Part shown: piece by piece, positions 38,278-48,371 of the stretch | Numbering within the stretch: the first letter of the stretch is position 1 | How the letters are laid out: each line of letters starts with the position of its first letter | Translations under genes and position numbers: made by a program | The notes under the pieces: generated by a model | What the model saw: only the letters and a program-made list of their open reading frames with translations | Database searches by the model: none | What the model was told of the DNA's origin: nothing | From: a virus | Length of the DNA: 64,000 nucleotides | Direction: 5' to 3' (one strand) | IMG/VR virus record: IMGVR_UViG_3300021963_000110 | Location: 4,220-68,219 of that record

Positions 38278-41200
38278 TCATCTTAAAGGAAATGTGCTAG
38301 TTGCAGGGGTAAAATTGCCGGTATAACGGGCATTTCCTTTTGTAAAGCGTAGATCATCTAAGTATCCTACAAGATACGCCGGAGTTGTCAACACACCAAC
38401 TGCAGCGCCAGATTGAGTAAATCCTATACCACTTTGCGTAGAAGCATTTGTTGTAACTACTACACCATTTACAAATAGTCTAACTGTTCCAGAAGCTCTT
38501 GTAGCTGCTACGTGATACCACGTTCCGGCTGTAGGCGACCAAGTGTAGGAAACCGCATATGTGCCAGATCCATGCTGAGAAGATTTTAATGCCCCTGATT
38601 CATAACCAAACCAAAATGGGCCGTTTGCGCTTGAGATATTATTTGTAGTTTGCCAAAACGCACATGTCTGCACCGTACTAAAATTTACCCAACATTCTAT
38701 TGTATAGTCTTCAGTTGCACCAATTGCATATAGAGGATTTGAAGGGAAACTTAAATAATCACCTGTACCATCAAAGTACATGGCAGATCCGCCAAACTTA
38801 CTATTAGCAGTTGTTATCTTTGAATCGCCCAATGTTTCCATAACTCCAGACATAGATAAATCTTTTATTGCTGCATCTGTAAAGTTTAACAATGCCATAG
38901 TATTTGCGACTGAGAATGTTGTATTTACATTCGCTGTACTTGTATACGATGCGGCCGAACCATTTACTAATAACGGTGCGATTGGAGGTGTGAAGTTTCC
39001 TGCATATACTGCGGTACCCTTAACAAGTCTAACATCGGAGATATATCCATTAAGATATATTGGATTTGATGCATACCCATATCTACCAATCAATACCGGA
39101 ACTCCGCTGATAAAAAATTGTCTTGATTCTGAAGCGCTTCCTCCTGCTAGAGTCAATCTAACACCATTCACATACGCATATAATGTATTAGATGCTCGTA
39201 CAAATGCAATATGATACCATTGATTAGTTTTGAACGCATACGACCATGACGGGTAATTTGGCGATGAGGTTGCGCTAATAGCAAATGCAAGCTCTGTCGG
39301 AGTCATATAAAAATAATCAGATGATGCCCCATTGTCGGATCCAAATATCATACCAGTTACAGATAAAGGATACACCCATGCTTCAATTGTAAAATCTCCT
39401 GTTAAACAATTATGCGAATCTGAATTTGCTATTGATACATAATCGCCTGAGCCATCTAAATATATAGACCCCCCATATGTCTCCGGTGTATAATAATTAT
39501 TAGTTGCGCTCGGGGCAAAAGGAGAGAATCGTTGTACACTAACATCGCCATTCTTTGTAATAGTAAAATTATTTGTAGAGGTATCAATAAATCTATTTGA
39601 CTGACAAGTTAATAACGATGTGCCGGATACTGCTGTTAGTGGCTCGGTTGGAGGTGTAAATGCTGCAGTATAAAGTGCTGTGCCTTTAACAATCCGGAAG
39701 TTTGAAATGTACCCAGTTAAGAAAAAATCAGCACTTCTTGTTCCAATTGTATAAGTTCCAGAAGTGTAATTTATTGTCGACGGTATGGTGCCAGCAGAAC
39801 CTTGCAAAACACCGTTAATAAAAAATCTCCTTGTTGTTCCACTTCCTTCGTATGAAATAGCAACGTGAGTCCAAATATTTGCTGATAAAATTCCAATATT
39901 ATGCCAAGCAGTGCCGTCCCACCATTGAAGTTGATTATTAGTTGTATTAGCTCCTATTCCTATTCCATAACCGGAATAAGGGTTTAACTCATTATATCCT
40001 CTAAAAATAAATGCGGATGACCCGACAGCAGGTATTACAAATGGGTTAACCCAAAATTCAATTGTAAATGCTGTAGTATTATTTAACTGTATCGCTGGTG
40101 CAGAAGCAATAGATAAATAATCCCCAGTACCATCAAAGTAATTACTCCAATTCGCGCCATACGGAGTAAACGTGCCTTGCGTCGCATTACCATAACGTGT
40201 AACCAAACTCTTAAAATTACTTCTATCCAAGAATGTAGAGTTATTGTGCGGTTGATTATTTTGCAGGGTTAGTAAACTTGTACCAGACACAGCAGTCAAC
40301 GGTGTTGTACTTGGTGTAAAATTACTTGTATATAACGCAGTATCGTTAACTATTCTAAAATTACTAATATATCCAATAAAATAATGTTCATATCCAGAAA
40401 ACTTTGCTGCCGCGCCGATATTTAAAGTACTAGATGCCGCTGAACCGCCGGTATAAGCATCAATAGTCAATGTTTGTGATGCCCCATTTACAAACAAATA
40501 GTTACTTGATCCATTACGAACTACGGCAACATGATACCAAGTATTTAATGAAAATGTATATGAGCATCTCATGTAGTTACTGTTACTACCCATAACACTA
40601 AAATAAAGAATATTACTGGTTTGGTCTATAAAAAATTCCCAACCTTGACCGACTGTAGCAGGGCCGAATACAGCAATTGCCCCTTGCTTGTTACCACCCG
40701 AATCAGTAGCAAATGACCCTGTTATGTTTATCCATGCTTCAATAGTGAATGTACCTCCTGCAACATTAAACGCAGAATTATAAGGCACAGATAAATAATC
40801 CCCAGTACCATCAAAGTATCCACTACCGTATGTACTATAACTACTTACAGGTGAAAATGGATTTGCTACTGTTACTTTAGTATCTGCGTTTACAGTAATT
40901 GTAAAGTTATTTGTAGAGTTATCTATAAATCTATTTGACTGGCAGATTAATAATTGTGTACCCGATACTGCTGTTAGAGGAGACGTAGGAATTGTAATAG
41001 AAGATGAGGTTGGATCATATATTGAAGATCCCTTGGATATTCTTAGGTTTGAAATATATCCTATTAAGTATCCGCTATTAGTAGCTTGACGACCTATATT
41101 AAAAGAGTTCGTACTTGAAAAATTATTAGTTACTGTCGCAGTCGCCACTCTAACACCATTTAAGAACATAGATGCGGTTGTCCCGTTCCTACAAACAGCT

Positions 41201-41790
41201 ATGTGATTCCATCTACCTGCAGTTGATGCTACACTTGATGTAAGAAATGCTGTGCTCCATCCATATACTGTTGGGTAATATGTAGATGCTGATATTTGTA
41301 TTTCAAATTGAGCGTCTCCATATAAAGGGGCCGATCCATTTTGAACACTATTACTAATTAACGCTGCAAATGCAATTGTTGGTTGATAATACCACATCTC
41401 AACACAGAAATCACCTGTATCAAAAGCAAGATTAGATGAAGATGGAATTGATAAATAATCCCCGGTGCCGTCAAAATATGCGCTATAATATCCAGGTGTG
41501 TACGGATTAAAGTTTGTCGCTTTTGCATCAGCTAAAACTGATATATTAAACTTATTTGTACTAGCATCGGCATTAAATGGAGTTGCGGTTGTATCTGCAT
41601 TTATTAATAACGAGTTGTAACTAAAGAATGGATCAGTTACATAAACAGGAATTTTTATAGTAGTATCTGGCCATGCAGCAGCTTTAACTGCTTGTATATG
41701 GATATTTTTATTATAGATGCCGGAAGCAATTGTAGCGTTTGCAACAATTTTTCTAGATGTGATTAATCCGCCATAGTATCTTTTTACCAT
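38278..41790 (-). CDS. Multi-LamG/ConA lectin fibre protein (about 5 domains)
   Basis: LamG repeat pattern. Confidence 0.85.
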   Translation of the reverse strand: MVKRYYGGLITSRKIVANATIASGIYNKNIHIQAVKAAAWPDTTIKIPVYVTDPFFSYNSLLINADTTATPFNADASTNKFNISVLADAKATNFNPYTPGYYSAYFDGTGDYLSIPSSSNLAFDTGDFCVEMWYYQPTIAFAALISNSVQNGSAPLYGDAQFEIQISASTYYPTVYGWSTAFLTSSVASTAGRWNHIAVCRNGTTASMFLNGVRVATATVTNNFSSTNSFNIGRQATNSGYLIGYISNLRISKGSSIYDPTSSSITIPTSPLTAVSGTQLLICQSNRFIDNSTNNFTITVNADTKVTVANPFSPVSSYSTYGSGYFDGTGDYLSVPYNSAFNVAGGTFTIEAWINITGSFATDSGGNKQGAIAVFGPATVGQGWEFFIDQTSNILYFSVMGSNSNYMRCSYTFSLNTWYHVAVVRNGSSNYLFVNGASQTLTIDAYTGGSAASSTLNIGAAAKFSGYEHYFIGYISNFRIVNDTALYTSNFTPSTTPLTAVSGTSLLTLQNNQPHNNSTFLDRSNFKSLVTRYGNATQGTFTPYGANWSNYFDGTGDYLSIASAPAIQLNNTTAFTIEFWVNPFVIPAVGSSAFIFRGYNELNPYSGYGIGIGANTTNNQLQWWDGTAWHNIGILSANIWTHVAISYEGSGTTRRFFINGVLQGSAGTIPSTINYTSGTYTIGTRSADFFLTGYISNFRIVKGTALYTAAFTPPTEPLTAVSGTSLLTCQSNRFIDTSTNNFTITKNGDVSVQRFSPFAPSATNNYYTPETYGGSIYLDGSGDYVSIANSDSHNCLTGDFTIEAWVYPLSVTGMIFGSDNGASSDYFYMTPTELAFAISATSSPNYPSWSYAFKTNQWYHIAFVRASNTLYAYVNGVRLTLAGGSASESRQFFISGVPVLIGRYGYASNPIYLNGYISDVRLVKGTAVYAGNFTPPIAPLLVNGSAASYTSTANVNTTFSVANTMALLNFTDAAIKDLSMSGVMETLGDSKITTANSKFGGSAMYFDGTGDYLSFPSNPLYAIGATEDYTIECWVNFSTVQTCAFWQTTNNISSANGPFWFGYESGALKSSQHGSGTYAVSYTWSPTAGTWYHVAATRASGTVRLFVNGVVVTTNASTQSGIGFTQSGAAVGVLTTPAYLVGYLDDLRFTKGNARYTGNFTPATSTFPLR

Positions 41791-41802
41791 TACAACCCTT
41801 AA

Positions 41803-42717
41803 TTAAAATTGGATACTACCAGATTGCCAGAATCTATAAATTCTGTAACCACCGGATACAGTTACGTTAGGCGAGCCTGTTGTATTTGCAGATGCAAATG
41901 TATCAGGATAACGAATTATTACAACACCTGAACCTCCAGCTCCGCCTGTACCTGAAACCTGCCAACCTCGTGTGCCGCCGCCACCACCTGTATTTACGTT
42001 GCCAGCAGCACCAACAGTCACACCTTCAGATCCAATACCACCTCCACCTAGACCACCAAGCCCTGCAGGGTTTGTACCACCTCCCCCTCCGCCACCACCA
42101 GCATAATATGTAGCTGTACCAGTAATAGATGATTGTAATCCAATGCCGCCGTCCGTACCGTTATTGGTAGAATTATCTACACCCTGCGCCCCTGCACCGC
42201 CGCCGCCAGCACCACCATATGCTGAAGTATTACCACCTCGATTCCCTTGCCCGGCAGTGGCCGCACCGCCAGTACCGCCACTCAGGTGACCTCCACCGCC
42301 GCCTGACCCGCCAGCAAGGCCGTTTACTGTACCGGTATAATATCCACCTGCGCCGCCGCCTATTGAAACTATACCAGAAAACGAAGAATTACTTCCGTTG
42401 GTGCCACGCGCTTCATATGAGCCTGTGCCACCTGCACCAACTGTTACTAATATATTTGCTCCGGGAGTTACTGCATATCCGGTGTCTGTTCTATATCCGC
42501 CTGCACCGCCTCCACCAATTGTACCGGATCCGCCTCCTGCAACTACTAAATATTCTACTGAGGTTGCAGCAGGTGCTACAAAAATAGGGACTGAAGGCCA
42601 AGTATTACTTACTTTATTTTGTGCTACATCCACAGATGACCACATTCCAGATGCAGATAACGATGATACGCCGGCTTGCGTTGAAGACATTAAACCGCCG
42701 TAAAATCTTTTAACCAT
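41803..42717 (-). CDS. Gly-rich adhesin-like protein
   Basis: VEYLVVAGGGSG...GGSGVVIIRYP...YRFWQSGSIQF. Confidence 0.75.
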   Translation of the reverse strand: MVKRFYGGLMSSTQAGVSSLSASGMWSSVDVAQNKVSNTWPSVPIFVAPAATSVEYLVVAGGGSGTIGGGGAGGYRTDTGYAVTPGANILVTVGAGGTGSYEARGTNGSNSSFSGIVSIGGGAGGYYTGTVNGLAGGSGGGGGHLSGGTGGAATAGQGNRGGNTSAYGGAGGGGAGAQGVDNSTNNGTDGGIGLQSSITGTATYYAGGGGGGGGTNPAGLGGLGGGGIGSEGVTVGAAGNVNTGGGGGTRGWQVSGTGGAGGSGVVIIRYPDTFASANTTGSPNVTVSGGYRIYRFWQSGSIQF

Positions 42718-42718
42718 A

Positions 42719-43093
42719 TTAACTGATATCTTCGTAACTTGCTGTTACAACTAACAAACCGCCAGCACTAGCAATCGCACCAATACTTGTGTTCTCTTCC
42801 ATGTAATAAGGAGAACCTTTATCAATTACGTTTAGTGTAGAACCTGCAGGTACTGTTATGTTTCCGACAATAGGAAATGCTGTTCCGCTTAAACTTGCGG
42901 CAGTATGATAATTGATTGAAATGTTTGCCGCTACAGATGTATTAGAATTTGCGACGTTCAATGTGTTAAGTTTAAGACACTTACCTGAACTAGATGCATT
43001 ATTTAATACTGAAAATGCTGCCGTATTAGATAACGCAACACCTGTTGTCCTGCCATATATTATCGATGCCCCGATTAAATTAGGTGCTGCCAT
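42719..43093 (-). CDS. Single-domain adaptor-like virion protein (MAAPN family)
   Basis: N.SSSGK.L...VAN...ITVPAGSTLNVIDK...YMEE...SYEDIS; paralogue of 48371..48730. Confidence 0.7.
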   Translation of the reverse strand: MAAPNLIGASIIYGRTTGVALSNTAAFSVLNNASSSGKCLKLNTLNVANSNTSVAANISINYHTAASLSGTAFPIVGNITVPAGSTLNVIDKGSPYYMEENTSIGAIASAGGLLVVTASYEDIS

Positions 43094-43094
43094 T

Positions 43095-43244
43095 TTATCC
43101 TCCGAAAATTATTGAGTAACCAAACGCGGCCGCGCCGGTTGCGACATTTGCCCAGACAAGATTGTTTGATACAACAGCAATAACTTGATTATTACTACTA
43201 CCAGCTGTACTTATTTGACTTAGATCTATTTGACGCAATGCCAT
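43095..43244 (-). CDS. 49-aa mini-fibre protein (MALRQIDLSQISTAGSSNNQVIAVVSNNLVWANVATGAAAFGYSIIFGG)
   Basis: Read by hand; AAGGA RBS; fills the gap exactly; hydrophobic C-terminus like that of the 2911-aa protein. Confidence 0.75.
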   Translation of the reverse strand: MALRQIDLSQISTAGSSNNQVIAVVSNNLVWANVATGAAAFGYSIIFGG

Positions 43245-43259
43245 TTGTTATCCTTTTGA

Positions 43260-43508
43260 TTATTTATTGTCGTTATTCAAACGGCTTTGGCAATGGACAC
43301 AGAGGTGAACCCACTCTTTGTTATCATGATTCCATTTCCATTTTGAATACGTTGTTTCTGTTGGCTTTGGATCTCTTATGATCCATTCCCAGTTTAACCA
43401 TACAACTTCTTTACCTTCGGGACAATCTGGTTTATCAGGTGTTTCTACCCAACCTTCTGTGCCGTCTGTTGCTTCTTGCGGTATTGATCCGTTTTTAGTA
43501 TATAACAT
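43260..43508 (-). CDS. Small Trp-rich fibre-associated protein
   Basis: DGTEGWVETPDKP.CPEGKEVVWLNWEW.IRDPKP...WKWNHD..EW. Confidence 0.6.
   Translation of the reverse strand: MLYTKNGSIPQEATDGTEGWVETPDKPDCPEGKEVVWLNWEWIIRDPKPTETTYSKWKWNHDNKEWVHLCVHCQSRLNNDNK
43261..43268 (-). promoter_or_regulatory. Putative late promoter (AATAAATA)
   Basis: NATAAATA 16 nt upstream of the 49-aa ORF. Confidence 0.4.
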
Positions 43509-43517
43509 TATTATTCC

Positions 43518-45965
43518 TTATATGCCAGCATATGCTCTTGTTGGCACAGTAAAATTCGTAGTGTATCGTGCGTAACCTTTTGTAACACGAACATCGTCAA
43601 GATATCCTTGATAAAATTGACTATATCCTGATATGCCACCCACCCATAGTGCAGCAGTTGCGGTTATATTAAATCCAGTTGTAGAACCAGTTAATGCCTG
43701 CGATTGTCCATTAAAATATATTTTAGAAGTGCCTGAGTTTAAAACACAAGCAACGTGTGTCCAAGTATTTAATGGTAATGTGTTGGATGTATATCCCGCA
43801 TTACAAAATCCTATTACTCCGCTTGAATAATATACGTCAACAAATGCAGAACCAACTGCACCGTTGTTTACAATTCTAGCAACTGCCGGTGCGCTTGTAG
43901 GATATGCCCAAAATTCTACAGTACAATTTGCGCCTAGAGCCCAATCCGGACTTGCCTGTGCTGCAATATAGTCTCCTGTACCGTCAAAGTACATTGCAGT
44001 TCCGCCAAAAACAGATTGAGTAGATGATACTTTAGAATCACCTGCTGTCTCAAAATCACTAATCATTGTACCATCATATATACCTGCATTTGTAAAATTA
44101 CATAATAGCCCTGTATTAGCTGCGGCAAATGTAGTGTTTACGTTAGCCGTACTTGTATATGGTGCAGATGAACCGCTTGTTAATACCGGTGCAGATGGCG
44201 GAGTAAAGTTGCCTGTATATACTGCGGAACCTTTAACAATACGCAAGTTAGAGATATATCCTGTTACATAAGCAGATCCATTGCCATAAGAACACAACTT
44301 TAGTGTTGAACTTGCAGGATCGCTAACAGTAACTCCTGTTAAATTGGCAGTAGTTCCTCCTGCGACTCCATTTACATATGTTGTAAGTGTATTGCCATTT
44401 CTTACGCATGCCACATGATTCCATGAATATGTTCTGAATGCAGTAGAAGAGGAAATATATTGAGTAGCACCTTGAAGTACGCTAAACTGCATAGTAGTTG
44501 CGTCTACTTGATATAGTTCCCACGCAAAATTTGTGTTAGTAGATTGTCCGTTTGAATAATTTAAAACGGTACCGGAAGATCCTGTTATATAAACCCAAAG
44601 ATCTATTGTAAAATCTCCTGCCCCAAAAGCAAACCCCGCATTGTTAGGTATTGTTAACCAATCTCCTGCACCATCAAAGTATGCAGAACCCCCGAATGTC
44701 GTAGTAGAATACGGAGATGATAATGTCAGTGGACTAAACTTCTTAACAGTTACATCGCCATTTCGTGTAAATGTAAAGTTGCTGGGGCCGTTGTCTTTAA
44801 AACTACCTGATTGACAACATAGAATTTTTGTATTTGTAACCGCAGTTAATGGTGTTGTACTTGGTGTAAATGTTGTGGTATATAAGCAACTGCCGGAACC
44901 ATTTACAACTCTAACATTACTAATATAACCCGTAAATACATTATATAGACCCCCATCTGCAAGTTGGCCTGCAATCATTGTTGTTGGTGCCTGACTTGTC
45001 TGTAGATTCAAACTTGTGGAATAACTTACTGTTGTAGCATCCAGCACACCATTAATGAAAGAACGTATAACATTACTTGCGTCACGAGTAATTGCAACGT
45101 GTGACCATTTATGTGTGGGGACGCCACTTGTTGAGGCATAAATTTCTGGATATGTATTATATACCCCTGCTGATGCAGCAAGACCTAATACCCCTGTAGA
45201 TTTTATATAGAACTGATATCCAGAATTTTGGCCAATGTTCCAATTTGAATTAGTTATAATTTGATTAGCAGTATTTAATACCGTGGGATATACCCATGCT
45301 TCAATTGTAAACTCACCGGTTGCAATATCTGCTCTACCACTTGATACTAGATAATCCCCTGACCCGTCAAAGTACCAAGACCAATTATTTGCGTAAGGGC
45401 TAAATGCACCCTGTGTTGCGTTGCCGTTACGAGTTATTGTAAGATTGTTTGTAGATGAATCTAAAAACGTATTGTTTTGTGCGTTGTTTGTCCCATCACC
45501 GTTTAACAATAACACGGTATATGGGAACTGTGCATCAGATGGGAATGAGGTATCGTTAATTGTAACATTTGCAGTTTGACCTGCAGCAGTCATTTGTATA
45601 ATCTCAGTTCCTTCTAAAGTAACGTCTGCCGATGCATTAAACGAAACTGTGCCAGAGCCATTGGATATAACAAAATTACCTGTTAGAATGTTATTTGCAG
45701 AGTCAGCAGTTGTTACATTTGTACCGGATAAGGTGTAAGGTATAACTGTGCCGTTAGGAATGCCCGTTGTTGTTAATGTGAAGTTAACAGATGCACCCTC
45801 ATTTACAGTACCGGCTGAAGATGAAAGAGTAAACGTAGGTGGGACTTGCCATGTACCTTTTTTCTGTAAGGTATATGCCTCTTTACCTGTCCATATGCCG
45901 GATGCACTTGTGTTAGATGCAGTGGCATAATTTCCTATTACTGATCCTCTTTGTCTTAGTCCCAT
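43518..45965 (-). CDS. Calx-beta-like domain plus three LamG domains, fibre protein
   Basis: LamG pattern; N-terminal ~190 aa closely paralogous to 45972..48371. Confidence 0.85.
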   Translation of the reverse strand: MGLRQRGSVIGNYATASNTSASGIWTGKEAYTLQKKGTWQVPPTFTLSSSAGTVNEGASVNFTLTTTGIPNGTVIPYTLSGTNVTTADSANNILTGNFVISNGSGTVSFNASADVTLEGTEIIQMTAAGQTANVTINDTSFPSDAQFPYTVLLLNGDGTNNAQNNTFLDSSTNNLTITRNGNATQGAFSPYANNWSWYFDGSGDYLVSSGRADIATGEFTIEAWVYPTVLNTANQIITNSNWNIGQNSGYQFYIKSTGVLGLAASAGVYNTYPEIYASTSGVPTHKWSHVAITRDASNVIRSFINGVLDATTVSYSTSLNLQTSQAPTTMIAGQLADGGLYNVFTGYISNVRVVNGSGSCLYTTTFTPSTTPLTAVTNTKILCCQSGSFKDNGPSNFTFTRNGDVTVKKFSPLTLSSPYSTTTFGGSAYFDGAGDWLTIPNNAGFAFGAGDFTIDLWVYITGSSGTVLNYSNGQSTNTNFAWELYQVDATTMQFSVLQGATQYISSSTAFRTYSWNHVACVRNGNTLTTYVNGVAGGTTANLTGVTVSDPASSTLKLCSYGNGSAYVTGYISNLRIVKGSAVYTGNFTPPSAPVLTSGSSAPYTSTANVNTTFAAANTGLLCNFTNAGIYDGTMISDFETAGDSKVSSTQSVFGGTAMYFDGTGDYIAAQASPDWALGANCTVEFWAYPTSAPAVARIVNNGAVGSAFVDVYYSSGVIGFCNAGYTSNTLPLNTWTHVACVLNSGTSKIYFNGQSQALTGSTTGFNITATAALWVGGISGYSQFYQGYLDDVRVTKGYARYTTNFTVPTRAYAGI

Positions 45966-45971
45966 TTTATT

Positions 45972-48371
45972 TTAATAACCTGGTAATGTTATTGTTGGCG
46001 GCGTAAAGTTTGAAGTGTATCTTGCGTAGCCGTTTGTGATACGAAGGTCATCCATATAACCATACCAAGGATAATCAGTAGTTGTATTAAATCTACCGAT
46101 AAACAAAGAGCTACCGGAACTTAAAAAAGACGCAGATTGCGATCCATTGGTCATTGACAACGCAGTTCCATTTATATAAAACACAACATTGTTGCTACTA
46201 CGAACTACTGCAATATGATACCATATATTTTGCGAAAAGGTATAAGTCGCGGAAGCGCGAGTAGCCGTAGAACCACCAAACTGTGCTTCTAACCCAGAAG
46301 AATTAAGAGATATGTATCCTTGACTTCCACCGTCGGAAATAATCATTCTGTAATTTGTTTGTGCTGCAGTTAAATAAAACCAACCCTCAATTGTAAAATC
46401 TGCACTTGCACCAATTGACCAATTCTTGGGACTATATAACCAATCACCTGTACCATCAAAGTACATAGCAGATCCGCCGAATTTAGATTGCGCTGTAGAT
46501 ATTTTTGAATCTGCAACTGTTTCCATGTTATTCATCATTGCATTATCAATGATACCTGCATTTGTAAAATTACATAATAACGATGTCCCTGATATAGCAG
46601 TTACTGGCGCAGTCGGAGGAGTAAATGCAGAAGTATATACTGCAGAACCATTAACCAATCTCAAATTAGAAATCCAACCGGTAATATAATTGCCTAACCC
46701 ACTACCAGATTTATATACGCCTATGGCCGGATAATAAGTTGCATTAGATGCACTGAAAGTAGCAGTTCCAGATATTGTTAGTGATTGCGACACACCATTT
46801 ACATAAATTGAAAATGTAGATCCGTTATATGTGACAGCAAAATGATTCCATGCATTTACATTCCATGCAGCGCCAGTATAAAATCTATAAAAATTTCCAG
46901 ATGAACCTCTATAAATTTGTACATCTATATTTCGTGATGCACCGTTTGATAAAGAAATATTAATACCAACAGAAACCGAGTCAGCATCAGTACTAAAAAT
47001 TACTTGGGCAGATGTTGAACTAGTATAAAACCAAGATTCAATTGTCCAAGGAGCAGTGCAAGTATGAAGAAAATTAGCAGAGTTTGGGGGCAATTCTAAG
47101 TAATCGCCGGTGCCATCAAAGTATGCGGAGCCCCCGTATATACTTGGACTATACGCAGATGTTGGTGAGAATGGCGAGAATCTTTGAACCGATACATCAC
47201 CTGCAGGGGTAATTACAGCTGCGGTGGAACTATTGTCTTTAAAGCTATTGGATTGACAAGTAAGCAAACCTGTGCCAGCAATAGCAGTTAAGGGTGTAGT
47301 TTCGGGGGTAAAAGCAGAGGTATATACTGCTGAATTTTGAACTAATCGTAAATTAGAAATATAGCCCGTAAATGGTGAATTTCCTCCATCCACAGTACCA
47401 ATATAAAGAGTGCTTGAATCGTCACCCATAGTAAATGAAGCAGTTGTTGTAACTTGAGATACACCATTGACCCAAATAGTAAATACATTGGATGCATTTC
47501 GTGTAACAGCAACATGATGCCATTGGTTAGGTTCAAACGTATTAGTAGTTGTTAAGGTCACTTCCCATGCTGCATTATTTGTATCACCTGCGTAGAAAGA
47601 AAATTTCTTGGATGTGATATTGCCATATGAAAGCCAAAAGCCCCTGGCAGTCACTACTGCACGTCTGCCAATAATTACACCGTTGTCTGTCCTAGGATAT
47701 ACCCAAGCTTCTATAGTAAACGGATTAGCTGCTAGATACGTTGTTGCGGCTGACGGTAATGATAAGTAATCTCCAGTACCATCAAAATAGTTAGACCAAT
47801 TACTACCATACGGAGTAAATGAACCTTGCGTTGTATTACCATTACGGGTTATTGTAAAATTATTTGTAGATGAATCTAAGAATGTATTGTTTTGAGTATT
47901 ATTTGTACCATCGCCGTTTAATAATAAAGTTGTATAGTTAAATTGCGAATCTCCTCCACGGGAAGTATCATTAATTGTAACATTTGCAGATGCACCGCCT
48001 GCAGTTATAGTTAATGTTTCTGCACCTTCAAGTGTCAAGTCTGCATTTGCTGCAAATGATATAGTATTTGAATTATTCTGTATTACGAAATTGCCTGATA
48101 TATTACCATCGCTCGAAGTTACATTTGCACCAGTTATAACGTAAGGAACAACTGCACCATTTGGAATACCGGTAGTTGTCAAAGTAACAGTAATGGATGC
48201 ACCCTCATTAACTGTAGCTGCGCTAGGAGTTAATGTAAATGTAGGTGCAATTTGCCAAATACCATCTTGTTGTAATGCCGCAACTTCTTGCGATGTCCAC
48301 ATTCCCGTGGCGGAAGTACTTGAAGAAGTAATCGGTTCACCAATAACGGAACCGGTTATTCTTAGAGCCAT
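45972..48371 (-). CDS. Calx-beta-like domain plus three LamG domains, fibre protein
   Basis: LamG pattern. Confidence 0.85.
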   Translation of the reverse strand: MALRITGSVIGEPITSSSTSATGMWTSQEVAALQQDGIWQIAPTFTLTPSAATVNEGASITVTLTTTGIPNGAVVPYVITGANVTSSDGNISGNFVIQNNSNTISFAANADLTLEGAETLTITAGGASANVTINDTSRGGDSQFNYTTLLLNGDGTNNTQNNTFLDSSTNNFTITRNGNTTQGSFTPYGSNWSNYFDGTGDYLSLPSAATTYLAANPFTIEAWVYPRTDNGVIIGRRAVVTARGFWLSYGNITSKKFSFYAGDTNNAAWEVTLTTTNTFEPNQWHHVAVTRNASNVFTIWVNGVSQVTTTASFTMGDDSSTLYIGTVDGGNSPFTGYISNLRLVQNSAVYTSAFTPETTPLTAIAGTGLLTCQSNSFKDNSSTAAVITPAGDVSVQRFSPFSPTSAYSPSIYGGSAYFDGTGDYLELPPNSANFLHTCTAPWTIESWFYTSSTSAQVIFSTDADSVSVGINISLSNGASRNIDVQIYRGSSGNFYRFYTGAAWNVNAWNHFAVTYNGSTFSIYVNGVSQSLTISGTATFSASNATYYPAIGVYKSGSGLGNYITGWISNLRLVNGSAVYTSAFTPPTAPVTAISGTSLLCNFTNAGIIDNAMMNNMETVADSKISTAQSKFGGSAMYFDGTGDWLYSPKNWSIGASADFTIEGWFYLTAAQTNYRMIISDGGSQGYISLNSSGLEAQFGGSTATRASATYTFSQNIWYHIAVVRSSNNVVFYINGTALSMTNGSQSASFLSSGSSLFIGRFNTTTDYPWYGYMDDLRITNGYARYTSNFTPPTITLPGY

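Noticed and set aside
122-42703. Many plus-strand Pro-, His- or Arg-rich ORFs (e.g. 122..484, 18346..18798, 21281..21598, 42398..42703)
   Set aside because: Antisense shadows of GGN Gly codon runs in real minus-strand genes; no RBS and no independent motifs
43260-43310. CVHC at the end of the 82-aa protein as a haem or metal site
   Set aside because: Not a CxxCH motif; a single CxxC in a likely variable tail
24492-48371. Diversity-generating retroelement acting on lectin genes
   Set aside because: No reverse transcriptase in the window; the repeats I compared are identical or lie in coding linkers, with no adenine-specific template/variable pair seen (a TR elsewhere in the genome cannot be excluded)
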